A stretch of DNA of 64,000 nucleotides from an uncultured Verrucomicrobiae bacterium (GTDB lineage Bacteria; Verrucomicrobiota; Verrucomicrobiia; Chthoniobacterales; UBA10450). Under the pieces are notes generated by a model, which saw only the letters and a list, made by a program, of their open reading frames with translations, was not told the origin of the DNA and made no database searches. How positions within the stretch are numbered: position 1 is the first letter of the stretch; the number at the start of each line of letters is the position of its first letter. The stretch spans positions 544,001 to 608,000 of the forward strand of contig CAWFGO010000003.1 of NCBI GenBank assembly GCA_963815455.1, in the 5' to 3' direction. Shown piece after piece: positions 40,102 through 53,070 of this stretch. The translations under genes and the position numbers were made by a program.

Positions 40102-40497
40102 TCAGGTAATTTGCCGTACGAACAGCGGGATCGAGGCCTCATGTCGATCGTCCACGGCCAAGTCGATCGAATACTCGCCAAACTTCGGCAGTTTGAGTTG
40201 CTGGATCACAAGGACCAGGCACGAGGTGATGCTCGACTCGCCGGGCGGAAATTGCACCTGAGTCGCCGCATCCAGGGTGGGCATGATCGATTTTCCATCG
40301 GAATCGACAAACGAAATCCGGATCCGTTTCTGTCCCTCCTCCAGCCGCTCGTAGCGCAATTTGATGGCCAGGGCGCATTGCGGATGCATGACCGGCGCTT
40401 CTTTCGCGTTCAGCCGGTCGAACGAGCCCAGGATATTCAGTTTCCCGCCGGCATCGGTCGTTGCCGCATCGCACAACGTAAAAATTTCAACTTTCAT
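40102..40497 (-). CDS. Hypothetical protein (DUF6941-like)
   Basis: LCDAA...GKLNILGSFD...GEYSI pattern. Confidence 0.7.
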   Translation of the reverse strand: MKVEIFTLCDAATTDAGGKLNILGSFDRLNAKEAPVMHPQCALAIKLRYERLEEGQKRIRISFVDSDGKSIMPTLDAATQVQFPPGESSITSCLVLVIQQLKLPKFGEYSIDLAVDDRHEASIPLFVRQIT

Positions 40498-40673
40498 TTA
40501 TGGCCTAATTAACCACACAGATCACAAAGATCGCAGAGAAAAATCCATCTTTATCTGCGAGGTGGATCGACCGCTCCGCGGGCGAGGCCAAAATGGCGCC
40601 GAAGGCGCATCATTTTAGCATCGAGCAAGGGACTGCTCGATCCGCCCGCTGCGAATTCGCGCCGACAGGGGGT

Positions 40674-41160
40674 TCACTCTTCCCCCTCGAAGTAATCGGC
40701 CTCCTTGCCAATTACGATCACCTCATCGGTCCCTTCCCTGAGCACCGCAAACTTGCCGCTATCGGGATAAAAACAGGAATCGCCGCGCGGATTATCGGCA
40801 ATAACGTAGTAAACGAAATCGTCATCTTCCCGCGCAGCGAGCTGGTGCGCTGCGCCTGGGCCGAAAAAAGAATGAGTCGCCCGGTCCGACTTCAGTTGGT
40901 CCGTCCTTGTCCCGAATTTTGCCGCGGCCCGAAACCACCAGATAAAACTCGAACTCGGCCGAGTGCGAATGATACGGGCAATACGTCTTCCCTTTTGGAA
41001 TTCGCACCAGAGCCAGGTCGAACGGATGCCGTTTCATTAGGTCGAGCGACTCCGGCTCGCGCCCCAGCGCGACCGAAATGTTTTTTACAAATTTATGAAA
41101 GTTCCCCTTCGGCGATTTCCGCTCCTGTTCTTCAACATCTTTCAGGTTCACTTTGCGCAT
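40674..41160 (-). CDS. Cupin domain protein (frameshift near 40860)
   Basis: PYHSHSAEFEFYLVVSG; C-terminal YPDSGK...DYFEGEE in a second frame. Confidence 0.85.
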
Positions 41161-41235
41161 ACGGCAACTCCTATCCGCGCCTGCGAAGACACGCGAGAAA
41201 AAATCAGCGGCATCCCGCCTCGTCCGAACGGAATT

Positions 41236-42195
41236 TCATTTCGGGGCGGGAAATATGATTAGGTTAATGTCGCCCAGACGGCGGCTGCAGAGGATCTTCA
41301 TTCCATCCGGCGACCATCTTGGATTTGTGAATTCGCCCAGCGCGGTGTCCGTCAACTGCCGCGCACCGCTGCCGTCGCGATTCATCACGAAAAGTTGAAA
41401 TCGATCAACCACACGTCGCGAAAAAATAATGCGCTTGCCATCCGACGACCATGCCGGCCATCCATCCAGTTTCGATTCGCCGGAAACGTTGCGATCATTC
41501 GAGCCGTCCGCGTTCATCAAAAAGATCTGCGAGAGTTCACCCTGGACCCGGCGGTGCAGGATCGACATCCCATCGAGCGAAAAGGATGCATAGGTGTAGC
41601 CGCCTCCTGTTGTAACTCTCTTTAGATCGCCGCCATCGGGTGGAATCATGGCCAGATCCATTTTCTCATCGATCTTTTCACCAACTACCTTGTTATCGCT
41701 TGGGACGTTTCTGCCGTCGGCCGCGGTCGCGCCGGCAAAATGGGTGGTATTAAAAAGAATCCGCGCGCTGTCCGGCGACCACATCGGATGAATATTTTCC
41801 GCGTTACCCTTCGTGAGCTGACGCACATCGCTGCCATCCGCGTTCATTACGCAAATCTGCGAAACACCCGCACGGATCGACACGAACGCGATTTTCTTCC
41901 CGTCGGGCGACCAAGCCGGCGAATCGTCCTCGTCCTCGCCGAACGTTAACTGGCGCATGTCGCTGCCGTGATTGCTGCTGCTCGCGTCCATCACGTGAAC
42001 CTTCATTCCCCCGTGCCGGCTCGAGATGAGCACAATCTGCCGGCCATCAGGCGACCAAAACGGCTCGTAATCAACAACGTAGGTAAATGACTTAACGCGC
42101 TTGAGTGGAAAATCCTCGGCACTCGACCCAGCCGCGCCGAGCAAAAGCGCAACCAAGGGAAAAACAACGCTGCGTCTCACGCTTAGAGCTTCCAT
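41236..42195 (-). CDS. TolB-like PD40 beta-propeller protein
   Basis: Repeated PxWSPDG and MNADGS units. Confidence 0.85.
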   Translation of the reverse strand: MEALSVRRSVVFPLVALLLGAAGSSAEDFPLKRVKSFTYVVDYEPFWSPDGRQIVLISSRHGGMKVHVMDASSSNHGSDMRQLTFGEDEDDSPAWSPDGKKIAFVSIRAGVSQICVMNADGSDVRQLTKGNAENIHPMWSPDSARILFNTTHFAGATAADGRNVPSDNKVVGEKIDEKMDLAMIPPDGGDLKRVTTGGGYTYASFSLDGMSILHRRVQGELSQIFLMNADGSNDRNVSGESKLDGWPAWSSDGKRIIFSRRVVDRFQLFVMNRDGSGARQLTDTALGEFTNPRWSPDGMKILCSRRLGDINLIIFPAPK

Positions 42196-43100
42196 TTCTT
42201 CGAGAGCTTTTGCTTCATCTTTTCAATGGACGCAAAAAAGTCGCCCATTTTTTCTACCCGGGCCAGGGTTTGGTCGGAGCGGAATTTCAGGAGATCGCCT
42301 TTTTTCTTTTTCAGGCAGTTGCCGACCTCATCCCATGTGACCGGGGTGGAAACAGTCGGCTCTTCCCGGGCGCGAAGTGAGTAAACGCAGATGGTCGTTT
42401 TATGTTCGTCGTTCTGGCTCCAATCGACGAACACTTTTCCTTTGCGCACTGCCTTCGACATGTTCGAGGTGACAAGCTCGCCCTGTTCGTTTTCCAGATA
42501 CTGCGCGAGCGCGCGCGCCAAGTCCTTGGTTTGATCGTAGGTGACCGGCGTATTCAGCGGCACGTAAACCTGGAGACCTTTTGAGCCGCTCGTTTTCGGG
42601 AAGCTCTTCAATTTCATTTTCGCCAACAGATCGCGCAGCCAAAGCCCGACCTGACAGCACTGAACAATGTCGGCCGGCGCGCCAGGATCGAGATCGAACA
42701 CCATCATGGTAGGGCGTTCGATGTTGCTCTTTCGCGAGAGCGACGTGTGCAATTCGAGATCGGCCAGATTCGCTGCCCAAACCAGCGTCGGCAAATCCTG
42801 GGCCAGGCAATAATTCATCATCCGATTATTACCCTCGCTCCAGACCTTCGCCGTTTTTACCCAGGCCGGCCGGTGCGACGGGCAGTTTTTCTCGTAAAAG
42901 AATTCGCCATCGACCCCGTCCGGATAACGCTTCATGGTCAGGGGCCGGTCTTTCAGATGCGGCAACAACGCGGGCGCGATGCGAATGTAATAATCGATCA
43001 CCTGCCCTTTGGTGAATCCGACTTTCGGGTACAAAACCTTGTCGAGGTTCGAGACCGAAAGTTTTTTGCCTTGGACGACGATCTCGGCTTTTTGAGGCAT
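42183..43100 (-). CDS. ligD: Stand-alone LigD polymerase (primase-polymerase) domain
   Basis: SNLDKVLYP, RYPDG, FDLDPG, KTSGSKGLQ, VFVDWSQN, YSLRAR. Confidence 0.88.
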   Translation of the reverse strand: MPQKAEIVVQGKKLSVSNLDKVLYPKVGFTKGQVIDYYIRIAPALLPHLKDRPLTMKRYPDGVDGEFFYEKNCPSHRPAWVKTAKVWSEGNNRMMNYCLAQDLPTLVWAANLADLELHTSLSRKSNIERPTMMVFDLDPGAPADIVQCCQVGLWLRDLLAKMKLKSFPKTSGSKGLQVYVPLNTPVTYDQTKDLARALAQYLENEQGELVTSNMSKAVRKGKVFVDWSQNDEHKTTICVYSLRAREEPTVSTPVTWDEVGNCLKKKKGDLLKFRSDQTLARVEKMGDFFASIEKMKQKLSKKWKL

Positions 43101-43201
43101 TGACTCAGAACATCACATGAAGTCCACGACGATTCACAACGATTTATTCTCCTTTCCGTCTGGGCCCGCCGTGGGCCTTTGTGGCCTTTGTGTGAGATTT
43201 C

Positions 43202-44398
43202 TCAGGCAAAAAATCTCTCGGGCGAAAGCAGCGGCTGCGGCTTGCAGATGCGGGCCACGCAATGCTCCCAGCTCTCGTGTCCGCTCAGGATTTCGATTTC
43301 AACGCGCAGGAAAAAAATTGGCACCTTCACCTCCGTGTCCGGCAAATGGGGCATGCGCACCGCGTCCTTCTCGGTGGTTACGATCATTGCCAGATCGCGC
43401 CGGATGCAACGATTGACGAAGCTCTGCAGTTCCGCCTCGGTGTAATAGTGGTGATCGATGTAGCGCTTGGCCAGGTCGACTCGAGCGCCCAGCTGCTTGA
43501 GGGCTCGCTCGAAACTTTCGGGTGCGGCAATGCCGCAAATCGAACCGACAAACGCATCGCGCAGACGCTCGAGCGGTAAGCGTTCGCCGGTTTGGACATT
43601 TTGCAGATAAAGCGGCTTATGCGCGCACTCGATGATCTCGGCGGTCCGATTGTATCGCCGGATGCGCGCGATCAGCGCTTCGTTCGATTCGCCTGTGCTC
43701 TTGGTAATAAAAACGTAGCTGGCCCGACGCAAATTGCGCGGCGGCTCGCGCAGCGTCCCGCGGGGCAGCAGGAATTCGTTCCCGAAAGGCGCTTGTCGAT
43801 CCACCAACACAATATCGAGCCGATGTTTGAGATGCAGATATTGCAGCCCGTCATCGAGGAGAAGCGTATCCGCTTTCCATTTGTCGATGGCGAAGCGGCC
43901 GCTTTTTACCCGATCCTTGTCCACCAGGACAACTACATCCTTAAGATTGTGCGCCAGCATGTACGGTTCGTCGCCGGCGGTTAACGAATCGAGCAGAAGC
44001 GATTTGCCGTCGGACACAATTCTTGGAGGATCGACATCCCCGTTTCGCAGCCGATCGAGCCAGCCTCGTTTGCTCGGATGCGGCACGCTCTTGTAACCTC
44101 GGGTGAGGATGGCGACCCGTCGCCCGCCCGTTTGCAAGGCCCGCGCGAACTTTTCCACGATTGGCGTTTTGCCAGTGCCGCCTACGGTCAAGTTCCCGAT
44201 GCTAATGACCAAGCAGCCCAGCGTGCGCTCGCGAAAAATCCGTTTCCGGTAAAGGTAGAGGCGAAGTTGAACGATCCGTTCATAAATGAAAGAGAGAGCG
44301 TAGAGGAGCGCGCGCAGCATCGATGCGCGCGCGCCGCGGCGGCGCCCCAGGACAACGTCGATGCCGAACTCCTCTAGGTTTTCAAGACGCCGGCCCAT
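43202..44398 (-). CDS. lpxK: Tetraacyldisaccharide 4'-kinase
   Basis: [40 protein letters not shown]. Confidence 0.95.
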   Translation of the reverse strand: MGRRLENLEEFGIDVVLGRRRGARASMLRALLYALSFIYERIVQLRLYLYRKRIFRERTLGCLVISIGNLTVGGTGKTPIVEKFARALQTGGRRVAILTRGYKSVPHPSKRGWLDRLRNGDVDPPRIVSDGKSLLLDSLTAGDEPYMLAHNLKDVVVLVDKDRVKSGRFAIDKWKADTLLLDDGLQYLHLKHRLDIVLVDRQAPFGNEFLLPRGTLREPPRNLRRASYVFITKSTGESNEALIARIRRYNRTAEIIECAHKPLYLQNVQTGERLPLERLRDAFVGSICGIAAPESFERALKQLGARVDLAKRYIDHHYYTEAELQSFVNRCIRRDLAMIVTTEKDAVRMPHLPDTEVKVPIFFLRVEIEILSGHESWEHCVARICKPQPLLSPERFFA

Positions 44399-44524
44399 TC
44401 CGGTTAGTTGATAGTTGAGAGTTTATGGTTGAGAGACGGATCCTGGTTTATTGGGCGCATCGCCAAAAATAGGTGTCATCCCGAGCGAAGTCGAGAGATC
44501 ACGCGGTGCCTCTTTCTCCGAGAG

Positions 44525-45442
44525 ATGAAAAAGAAGTCCGAATGGATCGATTCAGTTCTGCTCCGCGAATTCGAGACGGAAGGAACCGATGTGCATCGAC
44601 TCTGTACCATCGACAACGGATGGGTGGAACGCTTTAGGCGGGATATTCTCATTTCCTACAAGAACGAACCGGCCCTGGATCGGCTGATTGCCGAACTCGA
44701 ATCGTGGGGCAAAAGCGCCGGTTTCACACCCAGCCGAATCTTCGTCCGCTTTCTCCCGCGGAAAAACGAAGAACGGGAACGGCCCCGCTTGCTGGTGGGC
44801 GACGCCAACGAAGATTTGCAAACAGTCGTGACCGAACGGCAGCTCCGGTTCGGGATCGATTTCAGCGCCGGCTATTCGGTTGGCTTGTTTATCGATCAAC
44901 GAGAAAATCGCAGTTACCCGCGCAAGATCGCGTCGAAGAGGTTATTAAACTGCTTCGCTTACACCTGCTCGTTTTCCGTGGCGGCGGCTTCAACCGGAAC
45001 AACGACGGTCAATGTCGATCTTTCGAACAAATCACTCGCACGTGGCCGGGAAAATTTCTCTCTCAATGATCTCCCGATGAATGATCACCGTTTCGTCGCG
45101 GACGATGTCATGTCCGTCCTGCCGCGGTTCGCGCGCAAAGGAGAAAAATTTGATGCGATCATTCTCGATCCGCCGACGTTCTCGCGCTCGCATCGCGGCA
45201 AAGTATTTCATGCTGAAAACGATTTTGAGACGTTGTTGCTGGCTGCATTGGATGTGGCCGAGCGCAACGCATCGATCCTGCTCTCGACAAACTGCTCGAC
45301 ATTAAAAGAAAGCGCGCTCGAAACGATGGGACGTTATTGCCTGAAAGTCTCGCGGCGGGGCGGCACATTTCACCGGACGCCTCCCCTGGCCGATTTTCCG
45401 CCCGGTGCAGGCGCGAGCACAACCTGGCTAACTTTACGTTGA
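44525..45442 (+). CDS. Class I SAM methyltransferase (RlmK/RlmI-like)
   Basis: GLFIDQRENR, LNCFAYTCSFS, ILDPPTF. Confidence 0.85.
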   Translation: MKKKSEWIDSVLLREFETEGTDVHRLCTIDNGWVERFRRDILISYKNEPALDRLIAELESWGKSAGFTPSRIFVRFLPRKNEERERPRLLVGDANEDLQTVVTERQLRFGIDFSAGYSVGLFIDQRENRSYPRKIASKRLLNCFAYTCSFSVAAASTGTTTVNVDLSNKSLARGRENFSLNDLPMNDHRFVADDVMSVLPRFARKGEKFDAIILDPPTFSRSHRGKVFHAENDFETLLLAALDVAERNASILLSTNCSTLKESALETMGRYCLKVSRRGGTFHRTPPLADFPPGAGASTTWLTLR

Positions 45443-45492
45443 CCGAGGTCACACCCGCGGACAATGATTGCGGAGGGATATTATATTGCCAT

Positions 45493-45759
45493 ATGGACGA
45501 ATCAGAAGATTTCTCGCAGCACAGTCTTCAATACGCCAAAGACCAATTCGACGCGGTCCTGAGCCAAACTGAAGATTACGTTCGCGAAAAGCCCGCGCAG
45601 TCGCTTCTCTACGCGTTTCTTGCCGGTTTTATTGTAAATCGATTGCCGGTCGGCCGAATCGTCGGCGGCGTGTTTCGACTTTCATTGCTTGCGCTCAAGC
45701 CGGCGATTCTCATCTACGGCGCGACCAAGCTGTATCAGGCGACGCAGGAAGAAGAATAG
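45493..45759 (+). CDS. Small membrane-anchored protein (ElaB/YqjD-like)
   Basis: EDYVREKPAQSLLYAFLAGF. Confidence 0.6.
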   Translation: MDESEDFSQHSLQYAKDQFDAVLSQTEDYVREKPAQSLLYAFLAGFIVNRLPVGRIVGGVFRLSLLALKPAILIYGATKLYQATQEEE

Positions 45760-45824
45760 CCTGTAGCGGCGGTCTCTGACCGACGGACGAATCATGCGGC
45801 GCTGACCAAGAGGCCGCGACAAAT

Positions 45825-46034
45825 TCAATCGTCCAGCGTGAAGCCAATCTTGAGCGTGACCTGCCAGTGATCGATCTTGTCCTTGTCGATGTAACCGCGG
45901 GTCTCGACCACCTCGAACCAGCGCATGTTACGCACAGTCTTCGCCGCGCGGGTCAGCGCATTCTTCACCGCTTCGTCAAAACTCTTCGGCGACGAACCAA
46001 CCAGCTCGATTTTTTTGTAAGTATGATCTGCCAT
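45825..46034 (-). CDS. Dodecin
   Basis: HTYKKIELVGSS...WFEV...WQVTLKIGF. Confidence 0.92.
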   Translation of the reverse strand: MADHTYKKIELVGSSPKSFDEAVKNALTRAAKTVRNMRWFEVVETRGYIDKDKIDHWQVTLKIGFTLDD

Positions 46035-46153
46035 GTCTGCATTCTTCCGGTTCGCTCCCGAGAAAACAAGAATAACTCACGAGGCGCACGGCCCAGATTC
46101 GCCATTTGGACGGGTTGACCGTTCTCACCGACAACGATATTAAAAAACTACGC

Positions 46154-48101
<1,948 letters not shown>

Positions 48102-48146
48102 CGCCTGGCCATTGTCGATCCTGTTGCGTTCGACTAACCTTCCCAT

Positions 48147-50018
48147 GTGAGCTTTATACGCACAGGCCTGCGCGAAATCGGATTAAAGGTCCGGCGGCAG
48201 CGCACCCGCATGGCGCTTCGGCACGAGAAGCGGCTTTTGCAGAAGAGCGAGATCGCCCTTGGCCGGGAGGGAACGTCGCAGGCGGGAAACTTTCCAGAGC
48301 TGCGCACCGAGATCGTGGCGTTGAAGAAATTGGAGCAGGAACAGAAAGAGGTGGCCCTGCGAATTGCCCAGATCGAAGAGGGCATTAAGAAGATCGAGAC
48401 GGAACGCGAACAAAACAAGCGCGAGCAAAGCGAAACGATCGAAAAACTGGAGACGGAGAAAAAACCGGTTCTACAGAAGCGGAATCAGGCAAAAAGCGCG
48501 GCTGAAATTTGCGAGCGCGAATTGGCCGCGGTGGAAAAGCGCGTCGCAGAAAACGACGCAGCCGATCGCGATCTGGTAAGAAAACTCGAAGAGTTGCAGG
48601 CGATCACACCACGGCCAGCCGATCTGGAGGCGCAGTCAACCAGCATCGCGGCGCGACGCGCCCGGTTGCCGGAAGAAAAAGCCGAACTTGTCCGGGCCCG
48701 GCTCGGCAGCACCGAAGCCGCCCGGTTGGCGAAGGAAAAGCTCGCCGCCGCAGAAGCTGAACTCGCCGTCGTTGAAAAAAATATCGAAAAGGTCCGCGCA
48801 GAATTCGAGGCGCGCGACAAGGCGTTGACTGAGAATATCCGCACCCAACAGGAAGCCGTAGACGAAGCCAAGGCACATCATGAAACCGTGGAGGAGCGGA
48901 AAAATCCGGCCTATTTGAACATCGGGCGGCATCTCGCTTCGCAAGGGATCGCGCCACCGAACGCGCCGCAATTGCTCGCCGAAGCGCAACGGCGCCGCAC
49001 CGCGGTGGATCGACATCTCGAGCACACGGCCGAGCTGGCGCTGCTTTCCAGCCAGATCGACAAACAGGAACTGCGAAAGTTTTATTTCAGCGTGGTTTCC
49101 GTGCTCGCGCTGCTGGCGATCATTCTGCCGCTGGTTTTCCAATCTCCGCCGAAACGCGAATGGTTGCCGCTCGAAACGGACGCTATTTTGTCAATCAACT
49201 CGGATCAATTCGACCGCGATGATCTGCCCAAACGCTGGCGAAAGGATTTGCCAGATGATTGGCCGAAGATCTGGTCCGGTTTGATTGGCCCGGCGGCCCG
49301 AACACCCGGGCTGACTCTGCCGCGCGATGCCCTTCGGATCACCCGAGCCCTAACGACAAATGAGACTGGCCAGACACGCGAATTCATTCTGGTCGAAACG
49401 CGGGGGGAGGCTTCGCGCGTTATGGACGCAATTAACCGCGACAAGAACTTCGACAAGCGCGTCATCAGCGGTCTGCCGGTTTGGGAGCGGCCCGATCTCG
49501 CAGTGTCGCGAGTAGGTCCCACTACATTGGCGGTGGGTGCATCGAGTGAAGTGAACGAGTTGGTTCGGGTTCGGCTCGGGATCGATTCGGACCTGAAAAT
49601 CACCGGCCAACTCCTGGACAGTTTCCAGTCGCTCGATCGCGAGAGCACGCTGCGGTTGATCTCGCGCAACCCGCCGGACCTGTCGCGGGTCTTTCAACCA
49701 GTCTTTACCCGCGAACTGCTCGATGCGGCGCAATTGCTCGGCCTTGCGCTCAACCTGCAGAATCCAGTAAAAGCCAGGTTGCTCTTGAAATTGAGTTCGC
49801 CCGAAGCCGCCTCCGAGTTTGCGCGCACTTTGAAAGACGAACCACAACGCTGGCTGCGTCTGGAGGATTCGGATTTGTTGCTCTACCTGCAGCCACCGGA
49901 GATTCAAAGACAAGGCGCGACCATGGAATTGCGTTTCACCATTCCCGACGCCAGTGCGCGCCTTTTGCTCCAACGCATCGCAAAAGCAGGTGAGTCGACT
50001 GTGGCGGTAACACGGTAG
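48147..50018 (+). CDS. Hypothetical protein: coiled coil, one TM helix, C-terminal domain
   Basis: E/K/A-rich N-terminal ~300 aa; TM FYFSVVSVLALLAIILPLVF. Confidence 0.7.
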   Translation: MSFIRTGLREIGLKVRRQRTRMALRHEKRLLQKSEIALGREGTSQAGNFPELRTEIVALKKLEQEQKEVALRIAQIEEGIKKIETEREQNKREQSETIEKLETEKKPVLQKRNQAKSAAEICERELAAVEKRVAENDAADRDLVRKLEELQAITPRPADLEAQSTSIAARRARLPEEKAELVRARLGSTEAARLAKEKLAAAEAELAVVEKNIEKVRAEFEARDKALTENIRTQQEAVDEAKAHHETVEERKNPAYLNIGRHLASQGIAPPNAPQLLAEAQRRRTAVDRHLEHTAELALLSSQIDKQELRKFYFSVVSVLALLAIILPLVFQSPPKREWLPLETDAILSINSDQFDRDDLPKRWRKDLPDDWPKIWSGLIGPAARTPGLTLPRDALRITRALTTNETGQTREFILVETRGEASRVMDAINRDKNFDKRVISGLPVWERPDLAVSRVGPTTLAVGASSEVNELVRVRLGIDSDLKITGQLLDSFQSLDRESTLRLISRNPPDLSRVFQPVFTRELLDAAQLLGLALNLQNPVKARLLLKLSSPEAASEFARTLKDEPQRWLRLEDSDLLLYLQPPEIQRQGATMELRFTIPDASARLLLQRIAKAGESTVAVTR

Positions 50019-50020
50019 AC

Positions 50021-50704
50021 ATGAAACAGGAACGCTTCATTCCCAGGGGCCGCCTTTGGCGTCTCATTGCCATATCAACGGCGGCGACGGCGTTTCATGC
50101 GGCGCAGGCGCAGGATAATATTCCGTTGGTAAACATAAAGTCGGTGGATCCTTCGATCGTTGTCGAGTTGCGCTACGCCAGCTCGAAAAATCTTGCCGGT
50201 CGTCCGTTGTATCCGCCGAAAACAGCGGCTCTTGTTCGTCCCGAGGTTGCCCAACGGCTGGCCGTGGCCCAGGCCATTCTCAAGCGCTATCAATATTCAT
50301 TGAAAATCTGGGACGCCTACCGGCCGCAGTCGGTGCAAGTGGAGCTGTGGAAGGCGGCGGGCAAGAACGACTACGTGGCAAATCCGGATGCCGGCGCGGG
50401 TTCGTTGCACAAGTGGGGCGTGGCTGTCGATGCGACTCTCACCGATTTCTACAACCGGCCGGTCAGTATGCCTACCGATTACGACAATTTCACCCCGGCC
50501 GCGATGTGGAAATATCAGGGGGCCGATCCCGCCATTCGCTCGCACCTTTATCTACTGCAAGCCTCGATGCGCGACGCCGGATTCCTCGGACTCCGCACTG
50601 AGTGGTGGCATTTCACCGTCGAAGGCTGGGAAAAATTCCTGCCACCGGAAGAAGCGAAGCGGGCCCTGGAAGTTTTCGGCACAAAGTGGGAAGGGAAATT
50701 ATGA
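50021..50704 (+). CDS. D-Ala-D-Ala dipeptidase, M15 (VanX/DdpX-like)
   Basis: IWDAYRP, SLHKWGVAVD, EWWHF. Confidence 0.88.
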   Translation: MKQERFIPRGRLWRLIAISTAATAFHAAQAQDNIPLVNIKSVDPSIVVELRYASSKNLAGRPLYPPKTAALVRPEVAQRLAVAQAILKRYQYSLKIWDAYRPQSVQVELWKAAGKNDYVANPDAGAGSLHKWGVAVDATLTDFYNRPVSMPTDYDNFTPAAMWKYQGADPAIRSHLYLLQASMRDAGFLGLRTEWWHFTVEGWEKFLPPEEAKRALEVFGTKWEGKL

Positions 50705-51210
50705 TCGACACCCTGCTCCGGGATTTGCGCCAGCCTGAATACATCCACGTGCTGCTCAATCCGTTGCCGGTCTATGGGCTGCTGGTGGGCTGGATCGGAT
50801 TACTTATCGCAATTTTTCTGCGAAGCCGGCCTGCGACAATCGCCACGCTCGCCCTCGTCATGATCAGCGCGGCCTCGGCCTGGCCTGTATATGAATACGG
50901 CGAAGATGCCTACGATCGGGTCCTGTCAATGACGGACGACCCCGGCCACGCCTGGCTGGACGAACACAAGGATCGCGCCGAGGACCTCATCTATTTCTTT
51001 TACGCGCTCGCAGTTTTGAGCGCTGCCGCTATCGCACTCCCGATTAAGTGGCCGAAGTTGTCGTTGCCGTTTGCGATCGCTGTGCTTCTGCTTGGTGCGG
51101 TCACCCTGGGAACAGGCACCTACATCGCTTACGCCGGCGGCAAGATTCGGCACAAAGAGTTCCGCAACGAGCCTCCGCCACCGCCAAGACCTGAGCACGA
51201 GCACGACTAG
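50701..51210 (+). CDS. Membrane protein (DUF2231-like)
   Basis: HVLLNPLP, four TM segments, AGGKIRHKEFR. Confidence 0.65.
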   Translation: MIDTLLRDLRQPEYIHVLLNPLPVYGLLVGWIGLLIAIFLRSRPATIATLALVMISAASAWPVYEYGEDAYDRVLSMTDDPGHAWLDEHKDRAEDLIYFFYALAVLSAAAIALPIKWPKLSLPFAIAVLLLGAVTLGTGTYIAYAGGKIRHKEFRNEPPPPPRPEHEHD

Positions 51211-51365
51211 GATCGAAGGTGGATCGCGACCTCCGGGCGCGATGCTAAATCAATCGCGGCGCAGCCGCGCAAGCAAATCAATAGTCGCCTCGACGGAGTC
51301 TCGCCCTACCGGTAATGGGCCAGATTTCGATTCGGCAACGCGGGCGATTGCCCTAGAATCCCGCC

Positions 51366-52784
51366 GTGACAACGGAATTCAACCAGACGGAACGCGATGT
51401 CGAACAGCACAGCATCGCGCTCAAGAAGCCGCTCGGGTTGCGCGATCTCGTTCTCATGCAGATTGTCTTTGTCGTCGGTTCGAGCTGGGTTGGCGCCGCC
51501 GCGAAACTCGGCTCGGCTCACCTGTTTTTCTGGCTGCTCGCGATCTGCCTTTTCTACATTCCGCAGGCTGCGGTCGTTATTTATTTAAACAGGCGCATGC
51601 CCCTGGAGGGCGGGATCTACCAGTGGGCCAAGCTTGGGTTTAACGAATTTGTCGGATTCATCGTGGCTTGGAATCTCTGGCTGCTCTCCATCACCGTGAT
51701 CGCGCTGGGCGGCATGTTTGTGACCACCAATCTTTCCTACGCAATTGGCGAAAGCGCCACCTGGATGCCGCACAGCAAATGGTGCGTATCGCTAATCAGC
51801 TGCGCGCTGGTGGCCGGCCTTGCCTGGACGGCCGTTCGCGGCCTTGCCCTCGGCAAATGGGTCAACAATATCGGCGCACTGGCAATGTTTCTTGCCTATG
51901 GCGCGCTTATCGTCCTGCCTTTCATCGCCCTCGCCCGTGGGGATCTGAAAGAATATCACCCGGTCCAGTTCGCCCTCCCAACCGTGTCGATCTTCTTTTG
52001 CCTGAACATCTTCACCAAACTTTCGGTCGGTGCGCTGAGCGGCTTCGAGTATGTCGCGATTCTCGCGGGCGAAGCGCGCTCGCCCGCGCGAAACATCGGC
52101 CGCTCCGTCATGATCGCGTCTCCAATCATCGCGCTGATGTTCATTCTCGGCACCAGCTCAGTCCTTGCTTTTGTCGGCAACAATCAAATCGATCTCATCG
52201 GCCCGGTGCCGCAAACGCTGCGGCTGGGCCTCCGTTTTTTCCCAATCGCCGGCGCCATCGCTTCCGTGGGAATCATTATGATGACGGTTCGATCAATCTC
52301 GGCGACGAGCATTCATCTGATCGGCAGCTCGCGACTACCGATGGTCGCGGGATGGGACCGGCTTTTGCCGGCATGGTTCTCGGGGTTACATCCTCGATAC
52401 AAAACACCGATCAATTCGATTCTGTTTGTCGGCGCCGTCACGGCAATCCTCGCCATCACCAGCCAGATCGGAACCGGAATCCAGGAAGCGTTTCAACTCG
52501 TCGATAACGCCGCGAACGTTTTTTATGGAATCGTTTATTTCGTTCTCTTCGCCATTCCCATCGTCGGCGCAAAAGCGATTCGATCCGGCGCGCGGCTCTG
52601 GCTCCGAGTCGCGGCCGTGTGCGGACTCACCGTTTGCCTGCTAACCATCTTTTTTACCGTCTACCCGATCATCGACGTACCCAATCCGATGATCTTCGGC
52701 GCAAAGATCATCGTTGTGACCGCGATCGCGAACCTGATCGGCGTGATCATCTTTGCGATCGGCCAAAAACGCCGCCGCGCCTAG
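51366..52784 (+). CDS. APC family amino-acid permease
   Basis: PLEGGIYQW, GFEY..AGE, LHPRYKTP. Confidence 0.9.
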   Translation: MTTEFNQTERDVEQHSIALKKPLGLRDLVLMQIVFVVGSSWVGAAAKLGSAHLFFWLLAICLFYIPQAAVVIYLNRRMPLEGGIYQWAKLGFNEFVGFIVAWNLWLLSITVIALGGMFVTTNLSYAIGESATWMPHSKWCVSLISCALVAGLAWTAVRGLALGKWVNNIGALAMFLAYGALIVLPFIALARGDLKEYHPVQFALPTVSIFFCLNIFTKLSVGALSGFEYVAILAGEARSPARNIGRSVMIASPIIALMFILGTSSVLAFVGNNQIDLIGPVPQTLRLGLRFFPIAGAIASVGIIMMTVRSISATSIHLIGSSRLPMVAGWDRLLPAWFSGLHPRYKTPINSILFVGAVTAILAITSQIGTGIQEAFQLVDNAANVFYGIVYFVLFAIPIVGAKAIRSGARLWLRVAAVCGLTVCLLTIFFTVYPIIDVPNPMIFGAKIIVVTAIANLIGVIIFAIGQKRRRA

Positions 52785-52792
52785 GAAAGAAC

Positions 52793-53059
52793 TCATTTGA
52801 CTTGTGCGATGGAGAGCAGCGATACCGTTTCTTCATCGAACATGTAATATAGCGAAACTTGTTCGCCATTGATTGGAGTCATTGGCAGGAACCAGATATC
52901 TGATCCTGGCTCAAGCTGAAACCCAACCTCTGGGTCACGCACCAACAGAAACTCAGCCCCTTCCACAAACCGGTCGGCATCGATTGCATCAGCAATCAAT
53001 GCCCGTAGCTCGCGTTCGAAACGATGTTCCCGGATGACGCGACGAAGACGATCGGCCAC
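52793..53059 (-). CDS. Small protein, possibly RelE/ParE-like
   Basis: 88 aa; RRVIREHRFERELRAL...PEVG...SLYYMFDEETVSLLSI. Confidence 0.45.
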   Translation of the reverse strand: MADRLRRVIREHRFERELRALIADAIDADRFVEGAEFLLVRDPEVGFQLEPGSDIWFLPMTPINGEQVSLYYMFDEETVSLLSIAQVK

Positions 53060-53070
53060 GCAGGGAAAAC

